Positions 59,201-64,000 of a stretch of DNA of 64,000 nucleotides are shown in pieces. A program made the translations under genes and the position numbers. The notes under the pieces were generated by a model. The model saw only the letters and a program-made list of their open reading frames with translations, made no database searches and was not told the DNA's origin. This DNA is from Octopus sinensis (lineage: Eukaryota). The DNA lies in assembly GCF_006345805.1 (NCBI RefSeq), contig NC_042999.1:142290001-142354000 (forward strand), written 5' to 3'. Each line of letters begins with the position of its first letter. The first letter of the stretch is position 1.

Positions 59201-59467
59201 GATGATAATAATTTGGTCACACTACAAAATCAATTAATTTTGTGACAAGGCAAGTTTTTTTTAGATCTGAATGGGTACATGTCTCATACACTTTCCTGAC
59301 TTTTTGTACATAATTCTATGTACTGTACATGCACGATTGATGAGTTGTAGTGCGCCTGAGCACTATACACAATAATTTCATTATATCATATTATATATTA
59401 TGAGAATTTCTTTTTAAACACTATACACAATAATTTCATTATATCATATTATATATTATGAGAATTT

Positions 59468-59799
59468 CTTGGTAAACACCCACAAAGTTATCAACCACCT
59501 CACCAACAACAACACTGAACACCTTTTTGATCTCCATGTGTCTAACACACGTGGACATGCCTACAAAGTCAGAAAACAATACAGCTCCCATGAATTTCGG
59601 AAACATTTTTTCACGCTCAGAGTTGCTGAAGCATGGAATAAACTGCCTGCGTCAGTTGTTGACTGCCATGACACTGCATCTTTTAAGGCCCTCATGCTTT
59701 CCGAAATCCACCGAAACTACACCTGATTATATATACACTTTAGATGAGTTGTAGTGCACCTGAGCACTGTACACAATTATTATTATTATTATTATTATT
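59468..59799 (+). mobile_element. 3' fragment of the young CR1-type LINE
   Basis: ORF 59469-59726 is nearly identical to the C-terminus of the 15093 ORF; (TTA)n tail. Confidence 0.95.
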
Positions 59800-59908
59800 A
59801 AAGAGATTTTCACAAAGCTCTGTCTAGTGTTTAGTTTACTGGCAGCCCATTACTGCCATGTTACCTTTTTGTAGATAAATGAAGGGTACCTAATTATTCT
59901 CTCTAGAG

Positions 59909-60127
59909 CAGTGCTTTTCAAACGTTTTGCTGGAGTGGAACCCCAAGGAAACATTCCATTGGCTCGAGGAACCCCTGTGCAATAATTTAATAGTCTTATG
60001 CACACATATCTGCACAGGAGAATTAAAAATTACTGCCGATTTTAGCAGTTTTGTAACTTCTTGCAGAACCCCTGGACTGTACTGGCGGAACCCTAAGGTT
60101 CCGCAGAACCCTGGTTAAAAACCACTG
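59909..60127. mobile_element. hAT (Charlie-type) MITE, 219 bp
   Basis: Perfect 8-bp TSD CTCTAGAG (59901-59908 and 60128-60135); TIRs CAGTGCTTTTCAAAC and GGTTAAAAACCACTG. Confidence 0.93.
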
Positions 60128-61095
60128 CTCTAGAGCAAGACACCTTTGCTTGTCCCTGGCATAAAAATTATCTCTCCACCCTCTCAAATAACCCCATGCC
60201 ACTTAGTCATGAGAGTTTTTCCTTTTTCTTCTTCTTTTCTCTCTTGCAATAGTTCTGATGGTACAAAAAAGTTACTTAGTACACGCTGTAAAGTGGTTGG
60301 CATTCAGAAGGATATCCAGCTGTAGAAACTCTGGCAAAGTAGATGTGGTGTATGATTCAGCCCTGTGGCTCATTGTATCCTGTCAAACCAACCAACCCAT
60401 GCTAACATGGAAAACGGATGTCAAATGATGATGATGATAATAATTTGGTCAGATTAGTGTGCATAACTCAGAGAGGAAGGGAGAAAGAGTGAGTGAGTGA
60501 GAGAGAGAGAGAGTATAAGTAGTAAGTGATTGAACATTTTAAAAGATTATCAGCAGATGCGAAGAACAAAAGTTTATTTACTCATTGATAAGATTAGATA
60601 AATTAGCATTCTTTTTTTTTTTTTCCAAGCTTGTCAAAGTCATGTGTATTTCAAAATTAAACATTTGCAAGCATGAAATGCTGGAACAAATATTTTACAT
60701 TACTGCTGGTGATGGAAGAGATATCTATTTTCAGTCAGTTTGACTCTATAAAAGAATGAGCCAATGAGAAAGCATCTGTGTTGTTATTCAACTTGTAACA
60801 TTTAAGTATCTTTCAACAAACCATCCCTACATTATTCCACCAGCATTCTAACTGTGCTTTTTCTGTATTGCTTTTTTTTCTTCTTTTTTCTAGTAACATA
60901 CATCTAGGCTGCATTACTTGGTGTGACCTTCATTTTCGAAAACTTCAGATCGATTTAGCAGCTATTTCTAGCAGGTCAAGTGATCTTGCTTGCCTCTAAA
61001 GTAGCTGCTGCCACTGCCACCACCACCACCACCACACCACCACTACCATCACCACTGCCAGTAGCAGTAGTGCTGATACCAAAAACAGACTAGAC

Positions 61096-62982
61096 CAGTG
61101 GTTTCTGACCGATTTTTGGTCATGCCCCACCAAATCATTTCTAAAAGCCTAATACCTCCTTGTGATATTTAATTTTTGTTATTCAAAATTTGGTTAATGT
61201 TTACAATGTTACTTTAAAACAAAATTTAAAAAATAATGCAAAGGATGTAAAAGAAATGTGTAGGAAACGAACATGAAAAGAAAAAGCCCCAATGCATGGA
61301 AAGCATCGGAGGCAGGAGGACTTTGGAAAATTCACAAGATCCAAGTTTTTCCTTCATAACTTTTAGGAAATTTTATATAAATACCTTTCAACCGGCATAG
61401 ATTACGATTATAAAGAAATTAGTGGGAAAATCTTTTCTGAGGGAGAAGACTTCGGACTTCGGAAAATTCACAAGGTCCGAGTTTTTCGCCCATAACTTGG
61501 TGACTGTTTATCATGGACAGTGGGTATAAATAACAATTTTAAATATTCCTCTGAATATTGATGAACTTTTTTTTACTCATTTTATGTATTTTTGAATCGG
61601 TATAACTACAGATTTCTGCACCCCCGACTTAAGATGATCATAACTTTCAGAAAAATGGATATTTTTTATTAAATTGTCTATGAATATGTGTTATATCATG
61701 TAGATTCCGAATATACAAAATTAATTTAGGAGGGTTTAGGATGGGGAATTTTGGAATATTCACCGAAGTCCACTTCAATTCGTCTTAACTTTCAAGAAAA
61801 TGGATATTTTTTAATGAAATTCTCTACAAATATACCTCAGATTATGTAGAGGACATAGGAATTTTGGGGGAAAACAATTGGGGGCTATTTTTGAGAACTG
61901 GTCTCCACTCGTGGGTATTTCTGAACAAGTTGTTCATATTTGTTTCATTTTCTCCATTTTGTGCGTTTGTGCATCCGTAGATTTTTTTCTACCCCCCCCC
62001 ATGTATATGCAATTAAAAAAGTGATCTTTTCGGTTTGAACAGCAGTTTTTTAAAATAATTTCCATGTAACTGAACACTTTTAAACTTCGTATACTGGTAG
62101 AATGTGTTTATAAAACATCTTTTTCTCTTGGCTTTATTGAGAAAATTCTATAGTTTGTAAGATATTTGTTGTTTTTTTTCTTCAATTTCTGCAATTTCAA
62201 CCAATCAATGACGTCTATTGAGGTAAAAAACATTCTGTGCCATATGAATATGTCCCTCGTTTAAGAAACAAATTGGGTTTATTTATATTTGTGCAGAAAA
62301 AAGATACCCTTCCACCCACCCCTAACCCTAACCCTAAAACAGATTGAAATGCAATAGATCGATACTAGGGTCATAAATATAGGTGACAATTTCATATGAC
62401 ACCGCTAGAAAAAACTGCCGTTCAAACCGAAAAGATCCCACTTCTATATTTAACTATGTGTGTATATTCCTTATTTTTGCTTCTGGTGTCTTCTGCCTTT
62501 ATATTAGGAACGTTTACCTGGGAATTTATTTAAAGTGAAAAAAAATCGTATGCAACAAATAAGTTGTCTTAATAACATATTTCTGTGTACCAGACCTTTA
62601 GTTGTTTTTAGCATGTGTTTTCTGGTAAGGGCTTCATTTGTCTTCATTGCCTGTTTGTTGCTTCAATAGAAATCTACGGATGCACAAATGCACAAAACGG
62701 AGAAAATGCAACAAATATGCACTTGTTCAGAAACACCCACGAGTAGGGAACAGTTCTCAAAAACAGGCCCCAATTGTTTTCCCCCAAAAATGCCTATGTA
62801 CTCAGAATCTACATGAATTTGTTTTTTTTTGTAATAATTCATTCTCGAATTTCCCCCTTTCTCTATTGGTATACTAAACATTGTGCACAAAATGTATAAA
62901 TTCAACATAACCCTATGCATGCCTCACCAAAATATTACCATGCTCCACCAGTGGGGCATGTGTCCCACATTGGGAATTGCAG
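61096..62982. mobile_element. hAT MITE carrying a nested fold-back element (arms about 61844-61983 and 62669-62817)
   Basis: Left terminus CAGTGGTTTCTGACC, degenerate right terminus, TSD GACTAGAC/GAATAGAC (7 of 8 match). The internal inverted arms of about 140 bp align by eye. Confidence 0.7.
62016..62444. mobile_element. MITE with about 30-bp TIRs, probable TA TSD, and an internal (CCCTAA)3
   Basis: GATCTTTTCGGTTTGAACAGCAGTTTTT ... AAAAACTGCCGTTCAAACCGAAAAGATC. Confidence 0.85.
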
Positions 62983-63700
62983 GAATAGACAATAGAAAGA
63001 AAAGGCAACATGCTCAGACTGTGCAATATCACTAGAAGCCTGTTGTGTGTGTATATGTGTGTGTGTGTTTTAATATTGCCTGATGGTTGTAAATGAGTGC
63101 CATTGTCTTACAAGTCATTCACTTCCAATCTTCCATGAAAACCTGTCTAGCTACGGAGAAGTATTACCTTACTTGGAAATAGGTGAAGGTTTGTGACAGG
63201 TAGGGCATCAATCCATAGAAATCTGCCTCAATAAATTCCGTGTAACCCATGCAAGCATGAGTAAGTGGATGCTAAAATGATGTTGACAACGATGATGATG
63301 TCATGGAAAAAAAGAAAAAAAACAGGATGTGAATTTATCTAATCTTATCTAAAAAAACAATATAACTTTTGTTCCCGAGAACTCTGGATAATTTTTAAAA
63401 TTGTCTAATCATTTGTTACTTATACTCTCTTTCTCTCTCTCTATTCATTTCATAAATCACTGTAGGTTTGAGTGTACAGTGTGGTGTACAGTAAGGTGCA
63501 GGCCTAGACTATCTGGAACAATGGACCTGTGAATAGTAGTAGTAGTATGGAAGTATACATTGTAGTAGCACATTGCTGCATTCACCATTTGTTGGTGATT
63601 CTTTATTACTCCTGACAGATGACACCTTTCCACCATCAGGCAACAACCCTTTAACCCATGTGTCTGTTTGGGTAGTCATTGCTGGTGAAAGTTTTAAAAA

Positions 63701-64000
63701 TAATAATAATAATAATAATAAACATTGTGTACAGTGCTCAGGTGCACTACAACTCATCCAAAGGGCATATATAATCAGGTGTAGTTTCGACGGATTTCGG
63801 AAAGCATGAGGGCCTTAAAGGATGCAGTGTCATGGCAGTCAACAACTGACACAGGCAGTTTATTCCATGCTTCAGCAACTCTGAGCGTGAAGAAATGTTT
63901 CCGAAAGTCATGGGAGCTGTGTTGTTTTCTGACTTGTAGGCATGTCCACGTGTGTTAGACACATGGAGATCAAAAAGGTGTTCAGTGTTGTTATTGGTGA
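63701..64000 (-). mobile_element. Young CR1-type LINE 3' end, continuing beyond the window
   Basis: Homologous to 15042-15320, with a (TTA)n tail at about 63701-63720. Confidence 0.94.

Noticed and set aside
63440-63700. Strong-looking + strand acceptor (ctgtag at about 63473)
   Set aside because: All three frames close quickly and no matching donor or partner exon was found. A non-coding exon cannot be excluded.
1-64000. CRISPR arrays, rRNA, intact tRNA or snRNA genes
   Set aside because: No regularly spaced repeat-spacer arrays. The tRNA-like A/B boxes occur only in SINE heads.

Overview
AT-rich, repeat-dense eukaryotic genomic DNA, most likely from an octopus or other coleoid cephalopod (inferred from the arginine kinase sequence and the SINE/LINE repertoire; not database-checked). 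Two host genes face each other tail to tail. The last two coding exons of an arginine kinase lie on the + strand (1120-1553). A complete 12-coding-exon GDAP2 orthologue (macro domain plus CRAL-TRIO/Sec14 domain, 504 aa) lies on the - strand (19911-56014). Almost everything else is transposable-element debris: a young CR1-type LINE family (4 copies), two RTE-type LINE families with many short 3'-end copies, tRNA-derived SINEs, a Gypsy LTR remnant, hAT, Tc1/mariner and pogo/Tigger remnants, and several MITE or fold-back elements. The most unusual observations are: (1) a 266-bp near-perfect palindrome whose two arms each carry a minimal type-I hammerhead-like motif with a swapped G3:C8 core pair; (2) a TSD-flanked insertion whose inverted half reads across the end-to-start junction of a 305-bp unit, which points to a circular or tandem template; (3) a PHD-type zinc finger embedded in an RTE reverse transcriptase; (4) an 18-bp perfect palindrome across the last GDAP2 splice acceptor. 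No prokaryotic systems, CRISPR arrays, rRNA or intact tRNA genes were seen.
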